Positions 9,961-19,694 of a stretch of DNA of 64,000 bases are shown here, piece after piece. The stretch comes from Bryobacterales bacterium (GTDB lineage Bacteria > Acidobacteriota > Terriglobia > Bryobacterales > UBA6623). The translations under genes were made by a program, and so were the position numbers. The stretch is from assembly GCA_965213745.1 (NCBI GenBank), contig CBDBZZ010000025.1:87995-151994 (forward strand), written 5' to 3'. The number at the start of each line of letters is the position of its first letter. The first letter of the stretch is position 1. The notes beneath the pieces are model-generated. The model had not been told where the DNA came from. It did not search any database and saw only the letters and a program-made list of their open reading frames with translations.

Positions 9961-10637
9961 TAACGCACTCTTCTTCTGGAAATTCTGCGAAATGCAAAAG
10001 CTTGCAGCATGCCCAATGGAAAGATATATTTTCCTTCTTGCGCTTCAATATTGATATTTGAAATTAAGCGTGTATAGTCAAAAATTTCGCGATCGATAGC
10101 GGCGTTATTATACTCGCAACTGCATTATTGAGGCCGATTTTGATTTGGAAATGTCGATGCATGTAACACCAGAATCGCCAGCGACTGTGCTGTCGATTTT
10201 CGAGAACAATCCAAAAGCTATGCACAATCCAAACAAAGCATATTCATTTACTGTCGCTTATAAGTTGAGAAAATTGACCTTCACCTTGCAGGTTCCCGGC
10301 AGGATTCTGCTTTTTACAACCATCTTTTGATCATCCGAAATGTCGAAGATCGGCCGGATTAGGATTGGTCTAACGAACTAGACCTCGGCTCCGCGTATCA
10401 CGCGACCAATCGAGTCGGCGACAACCACACGGAGTTTGCCAACCTGCCACTGGGCCAGAACAGTCATGAAGACCGTTCCCACGCCAGCCGCAGGCTGCTG
10501 CCATCGGCAAGATCGGTTGTGCTCGGGCGCACTAGGTTCAGCTTCCCTGCAGCCCCAGACGGCTCGACTGGGAGCGGAGATTCCACCCACCGTTCCGACA
10601 CCTCCCTGCTTGCCTCGCCGCGGGCCACAGCGACCAA

Positions 10638-12167
10638 GTGGCTACAATTCACCGAGGAGCACACGGAATGCTTAGGAACTCCCGCCGAATTTCACCTGCT
10701 TGGCTCGCTTGCTGCCTCGGGGCGACCGTCGTTTGCTGTGCCTTCGGCTCCGAGCGAAATCAGCGAGCCCCCAACATCGTCTTCATCCTGGCCGACGACC
10801 TCGGCTGGCGGGATACGGCTGTTTACGGCAGCCACTTCTACGAGACACCCAACATCGACGCCCTAGCTCGGCGAGGGATGCTCTTCACCAACGCCTACGC
10901 CGCTGCAGCTATCTGCTCCCCCACCAGAGCCAGCATCCTCACCGGCCTCCATCCCGCCCGGATCGGCATCACGACCGCCAGCGGCCATCTGCAGCGGGAG
11001 GTGCTGGCCAAGCAGCTCCGCCGCAAGGGCGCGAAGAACCAAGCGGCGTTGGTGGCCGATAGCGTCACGCGCCTGAAGCTCGAGTACTTCACGCTGGCCG
11101 AGGCGCTCCAAGGGGCGGGCTACCGCACAGGCCACTTCGGCAAGTGGCACCTCGGCCGCAAGCCCTACGACGCATTGCACCAGGGCTTCGACCTCGACCT
11201 GCCAGGCTTTCCCGGCCCCGGGCCGTCAGGCGGCTACCTCGGTCCGTGGTCGTTCTGGAACGGGCAGGGGCGGGCAGGCGAACACATCGAGGACCGCATG
11301 GCAGCGGAAGCCTCGAAGTTCATGCACGAGCACCGCGACCGCCCCTTCTTCCTCAACTACTGGGCCTTCTCGGTCCACGCTCCGATTCAAGGCAAGCCGG
11401 AGCTGGTCGACAAATACCGCGGAAAGGCCAACCCGGACCATCCCCAACGCAATCCGATCAACGGCGCGATGGTCGAGAGCCTGGACGACGCCGTCGGCAC
11501 ATTGGTCGCCACGCTCGACGAACTCGGCATCGCCGACGACACAATCATTGTCTTTTTCTCGGACAACGGTGGCATGGTCCACCGTTTCGACGGGGGCTCA
11601 GCCGTGACGAGCAACGCGCCGCTACGCAGCGGCAAGTCGTCGATCTACGAGGGTGGAGTTCGCGTACCGCTGATCGTCGTCTGGCCGGGAGTCACCGCCC
11701 CGGGCTCGCGTAGCGACGAGATCGTCCAGAGCATCGACTTCTACCCGACTCTCATTGAGATGACGGGCATACCTAGCGAGCAGCACCAAGAGATCGACGG
11801 CACGAGCATCGTGCCTGCCTTGCAGGGAGGCACAATCGACCGCGGAGCCGTCTTCGTCCATGCCCCGCACTACACGCCGGCCACACTGCATCGTCCCAGC
11901 ACATCGGTGCGGCAGGGCCGCTGGAAACTGATCCGGTTTTACTGCGACGGACCGCAGCAAGCGGATCGCTTTGAACTCTACGACCTTGAGCGCGACATCG
12001 GCGAGGAGCACGACCTGGCCGCTCGGGAACCCAGCGTCGTAGCAGGCCTGAAGCGACTCATCGCAGGCTTTCTCCAGGAAACCAGGGCGGTGATTCCGCA
12101 ACCCAACCCGGCCTATGAGGAGGGCTTGAGCCCGTTTCCTAACGGGCCCGCCCGCAAGGCTGGCTAA
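10638..12167 (+). CDS. formylglycine-dependent sulfatase (arylsulfatase A family)
   Basis: 509 aa with a signal peptide, PNIVFILADDLGW, and the active-site CSPTRASILTG (C-x-P-x-R). The true start may be the internal ATG at 10668 (MLRNSRRISPAW). Confidence 0.9.
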   Translation: MATIHRGAHGMLRNSRRISPAWLACCLGATVVCCAFGSERNQRAPNIVFILADDLGWRDTAVYGSHFYETPNIDALARRGMLFTNAYAAAAICSPTRASILTGLHPARIGITTASGHLQREVLAKQLRRKGAKNQAALVADSVTRLKLEYFTLAEALQGAGYRTGHFGKWHLGRKPYDALHQGFDLDLPGFPGPGPSGGYLGPWSFWNGQGRAGEHIEDRMAAEASKFMHEHRDRPFFLNYWAFSVHAPIQGKPELVDKYRGKANPDHPQRNPINGAMVESLDDAVGTLVATLDELGIADDTIIVFFSDNGGMVHRFDGGSAVTSNAPLRSGKSSIYEGGVRVPLIVVWPGVTAPGSRSDEIVQSIDFYPTLIEMTGIPSEQHQEIDGTSIVPALQGGTIDRGAVFVHAPHYTPATLHRPSTSVRQGRWKLIRFYCDGPQQADRFELYDLERDIGEEHDLAAREPSVVAGLKRLIAGFLQETRAVIPQPNPAYEEGLSPFPNGPARKAG

Positions 12168-12302
12168 GCAGCGGCAGCCCGCGCTGTCCGAGCCGACGGG
12201 CTTTGCGGGCCGGGACCGGTTCGCTACAAGTGCTCGTGCGGACGCCGGGGAACGGAAGGCATCGTTAGCTTCCCCTCAGCTCAGCCAGAAGCCGCAGCAG
12301 CC

Positions 12303-13256
12303 TCAGGAGCGCCGCAGCCCTGCCCGTTCCATGGCGACAGACATGCGCTCATAACAGATCCTCGCTGTGGCGATCGGCTGGTAGTCGTCTTGGCGATGGA
12401 CCTGGGAGCTGACTTCGACATTCGCGAAGCCCCCGTAACCCCGGGCCCGGAGGAAGCGAAAGAGTTCAACGTAGTCTGTCGAGCCTTCGCCAGGAAGCAC
12501 GAAGCGGTGTCCTCCAGACATTCGCTTAGCGTCCTTCAAGTGCAGATAGGGACATACGGGCAGCAGCCTCTCCAGAGATCCGGCGAGGTCCAATCCCGCC
12601 AGCCAGAGATGGCTGTAGTCATACGTGCAACGCAAGTAGGGGCTGCCGACCTGCTCAATCAGCCAGATGCTGCGCTCGGCATTATTGACCGCATGGCCCA
12701 CATGAGGCTTGAAGCAAATGACGGTGCGGCCAGAGGCCGCAATCATGGTCCACTCGCCAACTTCCTCAACCAACTCGTATTTCACGGCCTCCCACTCGTT
12801 GGGTTTGCGGCCCAGCACAGTTTCCAGCAAGGGTGGATCATCAGGAGCTAGGTCGACCCCGAGTTCGACCGCCCGCCGAGCCCGGTCGAGATTCTCCGCT
12901 CGGGACTGGATGGGATCCACCGCCCGCAAGGTCTCGAGCAGCGCCGGCACTTGCAGGCTGTGGTCGGTGAGCATGCCTCGGAGCGTCGCACGGTCGTGCG
13001 CCGACAAGAGCCGGGGCTCCGCAGGCCAATCCGGCATGATGGCGAGCTCCACGCCGTCGTAGCCAGTCCGGGCAATCAATTCCAGTGCGTCACCGGTCGA
13101 CAACATCCAGAGACCGTACGTACCAAAGCTCAAACCAACTGGCTTCGGGGCAGCAGCGAGGCCTGGGGCCACCGCCAAACCACCGAGAAAAGCACGCCGC
13201 GACGGAACTGCCCTTGCCCGGGGCTCTGGCTTCTGAGGAAAACTGCAAATGGCCAT
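12303..13256 (-). CDS. sugar phosphate isomerase/epimerase (xylose-isomerase-like TIM barrel), Tat-exported
   Basis: ORF 12303-13424. Start moved to ATG 13256 so that the Tat motif SRRAFLGGLAVAPGLAAAP is N-terminal. TIM-barrel-family pattern: GYDGVELA, ICFKPHVGH, YLHLKD. Confidence 0.65.
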   Translation of the reverse strand: MAICSFPQKPEPRARAVPSRRAFLGGLAVAPGLAAAPKPVGLSFGTYGLWMLSTGDALELIARTGYDGVELAIMPDWPAEPRLLSAHDRATLRGMLTDHSLQVPALLETLRAVDPIQSRAENLDRARRAVELGVDLAPDDPPLLETVLGRKPNEWEAVKYELVEEVGEWTMIAASGRTVICFKPHVGHAVNNAERSIWLIEQVGSPYLRCTYDYSHLWLAGLDLAGSLERLLPVCPYLHLKDAKRMSGGHRFVLPGEGSTDYVELFRFLRARGYGGFANVEVSSQVHRQDDYQPIATARICYERMSVAMERAGLRRS

Positions 13257-13533
13257 GGCGCTAGCTGCCCGTTGTGCTGTATCCGTTCCAATGATAGGCG
13301 TGCAGCGCTCGGCGATCCCCGCTCGTGCTTCTGCCAAGGCAACTCCGGGCCGTGTCTGCCAGACCCAAGCCTGCTCCCCGTCGAACCGGAATCCGCGCTC
13401 AAGGATTGGATGCCGGTGTGGCAAGGCCGATATCGATGCGAACCCGAATTACCTGCTGCCGATCAAGACGATTGCTGCCGCAATGCCGCAATTTCACGAC
13501 CAAACACCATTCGAGTCCTCCGATAATGAAGCA

Positions 13534-14095
13534 TCATTCGGGCAGCCCAGTCTTCTCGGGCTCCCGGGCGAACGGGTATTTGGGCCTTCCGCCTTCACCA
13601 AGCCCGAGGCTGTCGTGCGAGAGCTCGCAGCTTGCCACGCACTGACTCGGATGCTCGAACGGTTCGGTTTGCGCCTCCACGAAACGGTGTTCGAACAACC
13701 ATTGGCCAGCGTCGGGTGGGCCGTCGTGCCACCAATCGTCGCCGATCAAGTAGCAGACAGGCATGCGTGTCTGCTCAGCCGCCACAGCGCTACAGAACCC
13801 GATCGTGTTCTGGCCCGGCTCCGGCCCTTCCGCGACGCCGTCGTTGATGTAAGGTCCGTGACACCTGATACCCATCCGCTCATCTCGAGCATCGCCGCTG
13901 GTGTATTGACCTCGGCAACGCAGGCATCGCATGTCAGGACCAATCAAGTGGACCTGCCACTTCGCAGACAACAGACGCTCTCACGACTCCACGAAAACGC
14001 CGCCGTCGATCAACGGAAAGCAGTTTGCGTAGGCGAGGTGATCGAAAAACATGCAGAGAATATCCGCTCTAGTATACGCTTATCTGCGCCAGTCT
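13534..14095 (-). pseudogene. ThiF/E1-like adenylyltransferase, C-terminal remnant with in-frame TGA
   Basis: Reads ...ADILCMFFDHLAYANCFPLIDGGVFVES*ERLLSAKWQVHLIGPDMRCLRCRGQY...NTIGFCSAVAAEQT. The partner-loop PLIDGG and the CxxC are as in ThiF/MoeB-like E1 enzymes. TGA at 13981-13983. The Rossmann GxGxxG part is absent. Confidence 0.4.
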
Positions 14096-14258
14096 TCGTA
14101 GTATGCTAGATATTCCCTACAGTTACACGGATTTCCTCCCTGCCAACAGGTGACGCAGACACCTTCCCATACGCTCCAGTTCCTTTTCTCGTGTTGATAA
14201 TAGTGTTGCCAAAACGGAGCGTCCGGGCTATCCTCGCATGCATGAACACCGGGCATGC

Positions 14259-14420
14259 ATGAATACCGGGAAACGCACCGCCAGGGTCAGGACCCACCTG
14301 ACCAAGTGCGCCGTCGACGCGCTGCAACCTGCCGAGAAGTCCTGGATTGCCTAGGACGACCGGCTCACCGGCTTCGGTTGTCGCGTGCAGCCCTCGGGGC
14401 TCAAGTCCTTCAGGCAGAGA
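14259..14420 (+). pseudogene. tyrosine integrase (DUF4102-type N-terminus), remnant with in-frame TAG
   Basis: MNTGKRTARVRTHLTKCAVDALQPAEKSWIA*DDRLTGFGCRVQPSGLKSF matches the arm-binding N-terminus of P4-like integrases (..D..l.GFGlRv.psG.ksf). TAG at 14352-14354. No catalytic domain follows. Confidence 0.5.
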
Positions 14421-14424
14421 GCTT

Positions 14425-15753
14425 TACGCTCGTCGGCATTTCTGACTTCCAGACGCCCCGAGAGTTTTCGCAACACGGAAATGATCTCCGTGCGGTGGGC
14501 AGCAAATTCTTCGGGCAGAGCAAGAGTGTCGTCCCGGATCGCCACCCGAAGACAGTTCTGTATCCCCCCGGTCCTCGATATAACCTTCCGCCTGCCCTTC
14601 CGCCTGCAAGTGGTCGAAAAATGTCCGCGACTTGTCGAACTCGAAGGTTGTCGTTCCTCCGCCGTCACGGATTACTGGAAGCTGCGCGAACCGATGCAAT
14701 GCGACTACGCCGAAGAGGACTCCGGTATGATTCTCGATCTAGCGTTGAAGGTTCTTGGCAAACTTTTCGTAGCTCTCCCTCGTGACCACCGTCAGTGTAT
14801 TCAGGTCAAAGCCGCGCAAGCACTGTCCGTCCTGATTGACGCAAAGACGCAGCCCGTCCGATGGTCTGGCGTCGCTCGCGCTCGGTCTGAATGTCGCGCA
14901 GCGCCGAATGGGAGAAGATGAATTTGGGTGGCTCGTCGAGACTGAGCAACCTTTCCTTGTCCCCCATGATGAGATTGCAGGCGCACTCGGCCTTGTCGCG
15001 ATTGGCCTGGGTGTTCTCGGCGGTGTCCGTCCATCCACCTTTCCTGTCTATCGAGAAGTAACCGTCGTAGACCTCCTCGGCGGCGGCCGCGAGGTCCACT
15101 TCTGTGAACAGGGACTGGTAGTCGGGGTGCTGCGCGAGCCGTCGGTACTCCTCCTCGAACACTCGAGGATAATCGCCCTTGACAGCGTTGCCAGCCTCGT
15201 CTTAGCGGCGGTAACGCTCCACTGTGTCGACGAAAAAAGGCTGAGCACCTTGATTCCCTGCGGGCGCAGCCGTTTTTCCTTGTTGAGGTGCTCGCGAATG
15301 GTTCGCCGGATCATCTGGCTTTGGATGGCAGCGGCGTCCATGTCGCCCCGGACCTCGCCCTCCCGGAGAAACCACTCGCCACCCGGCACGCGGAGTTCGA
15401 CGAGCGTGGTTCCCCTCCCAACCCGGATTTCGCCGACACGGCAGTCTCGATAGACGGCGCGGCCGGTTGTCTGTTCAAGATCGTCTCCGTCCTGAACCGA
15501 CCTTTCCGCACGCCGCACCCATCCCGAGATTTCGACATTGAGTTCGACTTTGGCGTTGATGACGCCGCGTTTGTTGCTCGTGGACATCAAGGAGGACATA
15601 GGGCCGATCGCCGGCGTCCTTGACAGTCGCAGACGCCACTTCGATCTGCTTGACCAGCTTGCGCTCGTCGGTATCGGCGGTATCCAGACGGTAGACCATA
15701 TGGTACTTGTCGACATGCGTTGCCGAGTAGCGCAGCGTGCAGAGCGGGTTCAT
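14425..15753 (-). pseudogene. type III restriction enzyme Res subunit, C-terminal two-thirds in at least 4 frames
   Basis: Fragments: PLCTLRYSATHVDKYHMVYRLDTADTDERKLVKQIEV; IKVLSLFFVDTVERY (frame switch); FEEEYRRLAQHPDYQSLFTEVD...YFSIDRKGGWTDT...NLIMGDKERLLSLDEPPKFIFSHSALR. These are blocks I recognise from Res helicase-nuclease subunits. The N-terminal helicase part is missing. Confidence 0.55.
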
Positions 15754-15861
15754 CGCATCAAGCGCTTGCGTCCACCGCCTGCAACTGGAAGTCGAGATCG
15801 GGCTCGAAACGGAGCTTCATCATGCCGTAGTGTCTCTCGACTACGTTACCGCACCATGCGG

Positions 15862-16074
15862 TCAAGCAAACATCAACCGCTCGCCCTTCGGCTGCGGGAC
15901 CGGCCGTTCCAGCTCCTGCGCTCGCTCGACCCAGAACTGCATGGCGTCCTTGACATTCCGCAACGCAGTTTCTTGGTCGTCGCCGTGCGCCATGCATCCG
16001 GGCAACTCGGGAACCTCGGCGATGAATGCCTGGTCCTCGTTGCTCCAGTAGAGGATGATCTCGTACCTGTGCAT
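15862..16074 (-). CDS. hicB: HicB-family antitoxin
   Basis: 70 aa from ATG 16074: MHRYEIILYWSNEDQAFIAEVPELPGCMAHGDDQETALRNVKDAMQFWVE, the HicB/UPF0150 fold signature. The start overlaps the hicA stop. Confidence 0.8.
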   Translation of the reverse strand: MHRYEIILYWSNEDQAFIAEVPELPGCMAHGDDQETALRNVKDAMQFWVERAQELERPVPQPKGERLMFA

Positions 16075-16319
16075 CAGTCGTCCCATCCCAGCCTGTATTT
16101 CAGAATGAGCTGCCGAACCTGCTTCACCTGATAGGGGTTGGCGTGTCTGGCGCGACTTTGCAGATTGACTATTTCCACGATACCCTCCTTGTCGAAAAGG
16201 TGGTGGCTTCCGCGTATGCGCTGCTCGAATCCGAGATACCCCATTAGGGCTCGCAGATCGGAGAAACGGATGTCCGCGTCCGCCCGTCCCCGAATGTATT
16301 GTCTGCAACAGTCGCTCAT
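16074..16319 (-). CDS. hicA: HicA-family mRNA interferase toxin
   Basis: 81 aa: DIRFSDLRALMGYLGFEQRIRGSHHLFDKEG...NPYQVKQVRQLI. This is the YcfA/HicA motif with the GSHH catalytic His region. Confidence 0.8.
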   Translation of the reverse strand: MSDCCRQYIRGRADADIRFSDLRALMGYLGFEQRIRGSHHLFDKEGIVEIVNLQSRARHANPYQVKQVRQLILKYRLGWDD

Positions 16320-16329
16320 GCCGGTTCAT

Positions 16330-16560
16330 GAGCCGTCATCCTCAACCCGTCGGCATCACAGGCTTCGCATGTTGCCGAGGCCGCGCTGCTTGTAGAACCT
16401 CGGCGAGGTTCGTCTTGGCGATGTCGTCGACGAAGGCGCTGTCGCGAAAGACGACGGTGCTCTCACCGGCAGGCGCGAGCGCATCATGCCCGTCAGCGAT
16501 GTCCGTGCCTCAATGTGGGCCAGCAGAGCCTCGACATCGGTAAGCTGGCGCTGCACTGTC
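16330..16560 (-). pseudogene. DNA methyltransferase (type III Mod-like) extreme C-terminal tail remnant
   Basis: Across one frameshift the minus strand reads ...QLTDVEALLAHIEARTSLTG / ...GESTVVFRDSAFVDDIAKTNLAEVLQ. This resembles the ..vvFrDsaF.dd..KtN tail seen at the end of Mod/PglX-type methylases. Memory-based assignment only. Confidence 0.3.
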
Positions 16561-16614
16561 AGGACATGACGCGACCAAACTCTCCATGCTTTTCAGCGCG
16601 TTCACGCGGAGAAG

Positions 16615-17511
16615 CTAGACGGGGCTCTCCTCGCGGTCCAGTTTCCGGAAGGTTCCGCCTCCGCCGCAAAGTCCGGTGCTGTACTTCTCGTCATACGCTT
16701 CTCGCCTCTGTGGCAGGACGTAGCGCAGCGGTGCATAGGCAGCGAAATTCAGACAGCGGATTTCCGAATTGATTTCGTGGATCAGGGGAAACTCTCCCGC
16801 AAGATCGACATCCGGCTTCACGTTGATCAGCGTCAGGCACTCCGGGAAGCGGCTGGTCTCGCGATCTCCATATTGTTTTTGTGAATGATGGAGGGAATGG
16901 ACGATTGTGAGACGGTCGAGCAGCGTAAAATAATCGAAATTCAGCCTGTCGACGAGCCGGAACGGCGTACGCTCGGCCTCATCCAGTTCAAGCCAACGGT
17001 TGAACTGCTTCTGCGCCAATCGGGTCGTGCTGTCGATACTGGACAGGCCATAGCATGCCAGCGCCGTGTCGTCGACCTCGGTGGCGAAGGGCGCATCGAA
17101 CCACGCACCGAGGCGCTCGCATTCTTCGGGCATTTCGGGTGCCTGAATCAAGTTGAGCGGATTGCCCGGTACGAGACCGAGCCCGTCGGTGCTGAACGAA
17201 AATGACACCAGCAGGGCCTGCCCCGCGCCGCCATCGCTGTTACGCACCACAATCGCCCCCTGCGGAATCACCCGTCCCGCACGATGCCCAAACAGGTCGG
17301 GTTCGGCACCGTCCGCCGGCAGCAAGAGCCGCGCACCGGTCACTTGCCAAGTTTCCAGCAAGTTCCTCGAATGCAAAGAGCGACAGCGTTCGGGAAGCGA
17401 GGTCGACCCGGTTGCCGACCCTGAGCCAGGGGCGGACAATACTGATCGCGTCAAAAACCGTGCCCCTGGAATCCCTTTTTCGATTGATTTTTGAGTGAAT
17501 TTATTGTACAT
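16615..17511 (-). CDS. hypothetical protein, 298 aa, no recognisable motif
   Basis: Uninterrupted ORF with coding-like composition. It lies between the Mod tail and the IS630-A left end (17551). The N-terminal codons fall in AT-rich sequence, so the 5' end may have been reshaped by the IS. Confidence 0.5.
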   Translation of the reverse strand: MYNKFTQKSIEKGIPGARFLTRSVLSAPGSGSATGSTSLPERCRSLHSRNLLETWQVTGARLLLPADGAEPDLFGHRAGRVIPQGAIVVRNSDGGAGQALLVSFSFSTDGLGLVPGNPLNLIQAPEMPEECERLGAWFDAPFATEVDDTALACYGLSSIDSTTRLAQKQFNRWLELDEAERTPFRLVDRLNFDYFTLLDRLTIVHSLHHSQKQYGDRETSRFPECLTLINVKPDVDLAGEFPLIHEINSEIRCLNFAAYAPLRYVLPQRREAYDEKYSTGLCGGGGTFRKLDREESPV

Positions 17512-17550
17512 TATTAGTATGATAAAAAAAATTATTCTTTCTCCTATGCC

Positions 17551-18584
17551 TTACTGAAGACCAGAATTTCAAGGTCCGAAAAAACGTGGTCTTGCAGTTC
17601 ATGGGAAGAAAGTCAGTGGCCCAGATAAAGTCCTGCGTCTCTTGCTCCATACGCACGATCTATCGTTGGACCTCACGCTTCTGTCCAAGAGGCATGGAGA
17701 ACCTGCGGGATCGCCAAAGAACGGGACGACCGCGCCAAGGGACAGACCGGCACGTTGCTTGGATTCGCATCGTTGTCGGAGACCAAGACCCCGCTCAAGG
17801 CCCATGCGAGTTCGCTTGGCGGACCGCGCAGCGAGTGCGCCAAGCCTTGGGGGAGAAGTTCGGCAGCGTCTTGAGCGCCTCCCCGGTGCGCCGGATCCTG
17901 CGGCGGCTCCAGCTCCCGCCGCAGCGGCCCCAGCGGCGCGCTACCCAGTACGAGCCCGCTGACGTGCAGCGCTGGCAAGACCCAGAGTTTCCCAAGCTCC
18001 TACGCCGTGCCCGGGAGTGGGGAGCCCTGCTCGCCTGCGCCGACGAGTCCGGCCTGACTGCGCCGAGCGTGTACGAGCGCACCTGGGGCCTCTGCGGTCG
18101 GCCCCCCGTCGGGCGGGTGGCCAGCGGACGCTTCCGCCTCCACCGGCTGGCGGCCAGCAGCCCGGAGAGCCAGCTCGAGGACAGGGTGTGGGAAGGCCCT
18201 GTCACGGCGGAGGTCTTCCGGGAGTTCCTCCAGCAGCTCGCGGAGGAAGCAGACCGGAAGATCCTGGTAGCGGTCGACAATTGCAGGATGCACCGCGCCC
18301 GGACAATCCAGGAGTGGCTGGCGGCGGACCAAGCCGCAGCAGAGCTGTGTTGGCAGCCGGCCTACTCGCCGCAAGTCAATCCGGTGGAACTGCTAGGGGC
18401 CTTGGTCCAGCGGCGGGCCAGTCGCAAGCTGAGCAAGACCGCAGCACAGCTTCGCGACAACCTGGAAGCTGCTTGCCAGTCTTTGCCCGGAGTTCCGGAA
18501 CAGGTGCGGGCCTTCTTGCGAGAGGCAGACTGCCAGTCTATTCTTGCCTGTATTCTGAGGACACGCCTTTTGACGCGATCTGTA
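17551..18584 (+). mobile_element. IS630-family element (subtype A), apparently full length (1034 bp)
   Basis: Termini are TACTGAAGACCAGAATTTCAAGG (17551) and ...CCTTTTGACGCGATCTGTA (18584), with TA at both ends. It contains the only uninterrupted transposase ORF in the window. Confidence 0.75.
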
Positions 18585-18635
18585 TCGACCACGCGATCGG
18601 TGCCTGTGTTGGGAACGATCCTCATCGCATCCTGA
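17586..18635 (+). CDS. IS630-family transposase (HTH + DDE)
   Basis: 349 aa: ...IRTIYRWTSRF...NLRDRQRTGRPRQ (HTH), ...LLACADESGL...DNCRMHRARTIQEWL...QPAYSPQVNPVE (D, D, E region). The ORF has no stop inside the element and reads about 50 nt into flanking DNA. Confidence 0.8.
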   Translation: MVLQFMGRKSVAQIKSCVSCSIRTIYRWTSRFCPRGMENLRDRQRTGRPRQGTDRHVAWIRIVVGDQDPAQGPCEFAWRTAQRVRQALGEKFGSVLSASPVRRILRRLQLPPQRPQRRATQYEPADVQRWQDPEFPKLLRRAREWGALLACADESGLTAPSVYERTWGLCGRPPVGRVASGRFRLHRLAASSPESQLEDRVWEGPVTAEVFREFLQQLAEEADRKILVAVDNCRMHRARTIQEWLAADQAAAELCWQPAYSPQVNPVELLGALVQRRASRKLSKTAAQLRDNLEAACQSLPGVPEQVRAFLREADCQSILACILRTRLLTRSVSTTRSVPVLGTILIAS

Positions 18636-19030
18636 CGGCCCAGGGGCCGACGGTCCCGACGCCGGTGTTGCGGAACTCGCCGGTGATCCTCGTCATGACG
18701 GCGAGTCCGCAGTCCGCATGTGGCCGCAGCGGCGGCGAGGAAGGCGTCCGGCACGTGATCGTCGAGCGCCTCGCCGAGCCGGCGCTTGTCCTCCTTGATC
18801 CGTGCGCACGCACGGTCGTCGGCCAGAGTCCACGCGACGATGCAGTCCTCGAGCAACTCGTCGAGAAGATCGTGGAATCGGTCGGCGAGGCCGCACCGAC
18901 ATCGGCCGAGGGCCAGACGGCCGATGCCGTCGAGCACTCCCCAGACGGTGGTCTACGCGAGACCGAGGCCATCGACGACGATCAAGGCGAGGTAGGCGGC
19001 GACCCGCGGTTCGGACCGCGGCCGCATCAT
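18585..19030 (-). pseudogene. hypothetical gene, 3'-truncated by IS630-A and carrying an in-frame TAG
   Basis: High-GC3 frame from ATGATG (19025-19030): MMRPRSEPRVAAYLALIVVDGLGLA*TTVWGVLDGIGRLALG...DRFHDLLDELLEDCIVAWTLADD.... TAG at 18953-18955. The frame runs straight into the IS terminus. Confidence 0.35.
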
Positions 19031-19101
19031 TTTGGAGACGACGTTCTGCTCAGGACTATGCACATCAGCTGTATGTCGTCAACCCATTGATTTCAATACC
19101 T

Positions 19102-19694
19102 ATGACAGGTTGTGATGGGCATTGGCTCGTTTTATGTTCGTACTCGGAAGCCACTGGGAATGTTGGTGGTTTCCCTTGGGGACAACGGCAATCAACCGGG
19201 TCTCCGTGGGGCACCGATGCGTTCCTGCAATGGCCGCAACGAGGAGAACACCGCCTTGGGAATCCGCACCCATATGGACTGGGTGCCCGATGGAAGTCCG
19301 TCTTCGATCCCGAGTTGTGGTGGCAGGGGCTCGTCGCCGCGACTGCGGGAGCGGTCTTGATGGCGATCCTCGCCTGCGCGGTGGCGCTGGCGTGCGACAC
19401 ACCGGGCATGACTGGTACGCGGCGGCGAGGATCACGGTCGCGGATCTCCTGATCGGCACCGGCTTCGACGCGGACGCACCGATCGAATACCGCAACGCGG
19501 ACGGCGTCGTCGAGACCATCAGCCGTTACGGCCTGACCGTCACGTTCGAGGCCCGGTGGGCGCGGGAGGACATCCTGGAGGCGGCCTGGGACGGGGCAAC
19601 ACTGGGTGCGCTTTCCGGGTTCGGCGGTGCGATGCTGTGTTTCGTGCTGCTCTGGAGATTCATGAGTGATCGCGGGACTCGGCACTCCGAGTAA
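19102..19694 (+). pseudogene. hypothetical membrane protein, one frameshift
   Basis: Two high-GC3 frames join near 19410: ...FDPELWWQGLVAATAGAVLMAILACAVALACDTPG / HDWYAAARITVADLLIGTGFDADAPIEYRNADGVVETISRYGLTVTFEARW...LGALSGFGGAMLCFVLLWRF. There are two predicted TM segments. Divergent from 18585-19030. Confidence 0.4.

Noticed and set aside
14100-14260. Expected tRNA or tmRNA attachment site next to the integrase remnant.
   Set aside because: No cloverleaf-compatible sequence and no conserved T-loop (GGTTCGAATCC-like) motif was seen in the low-GC gap or within 1 kb on either side.
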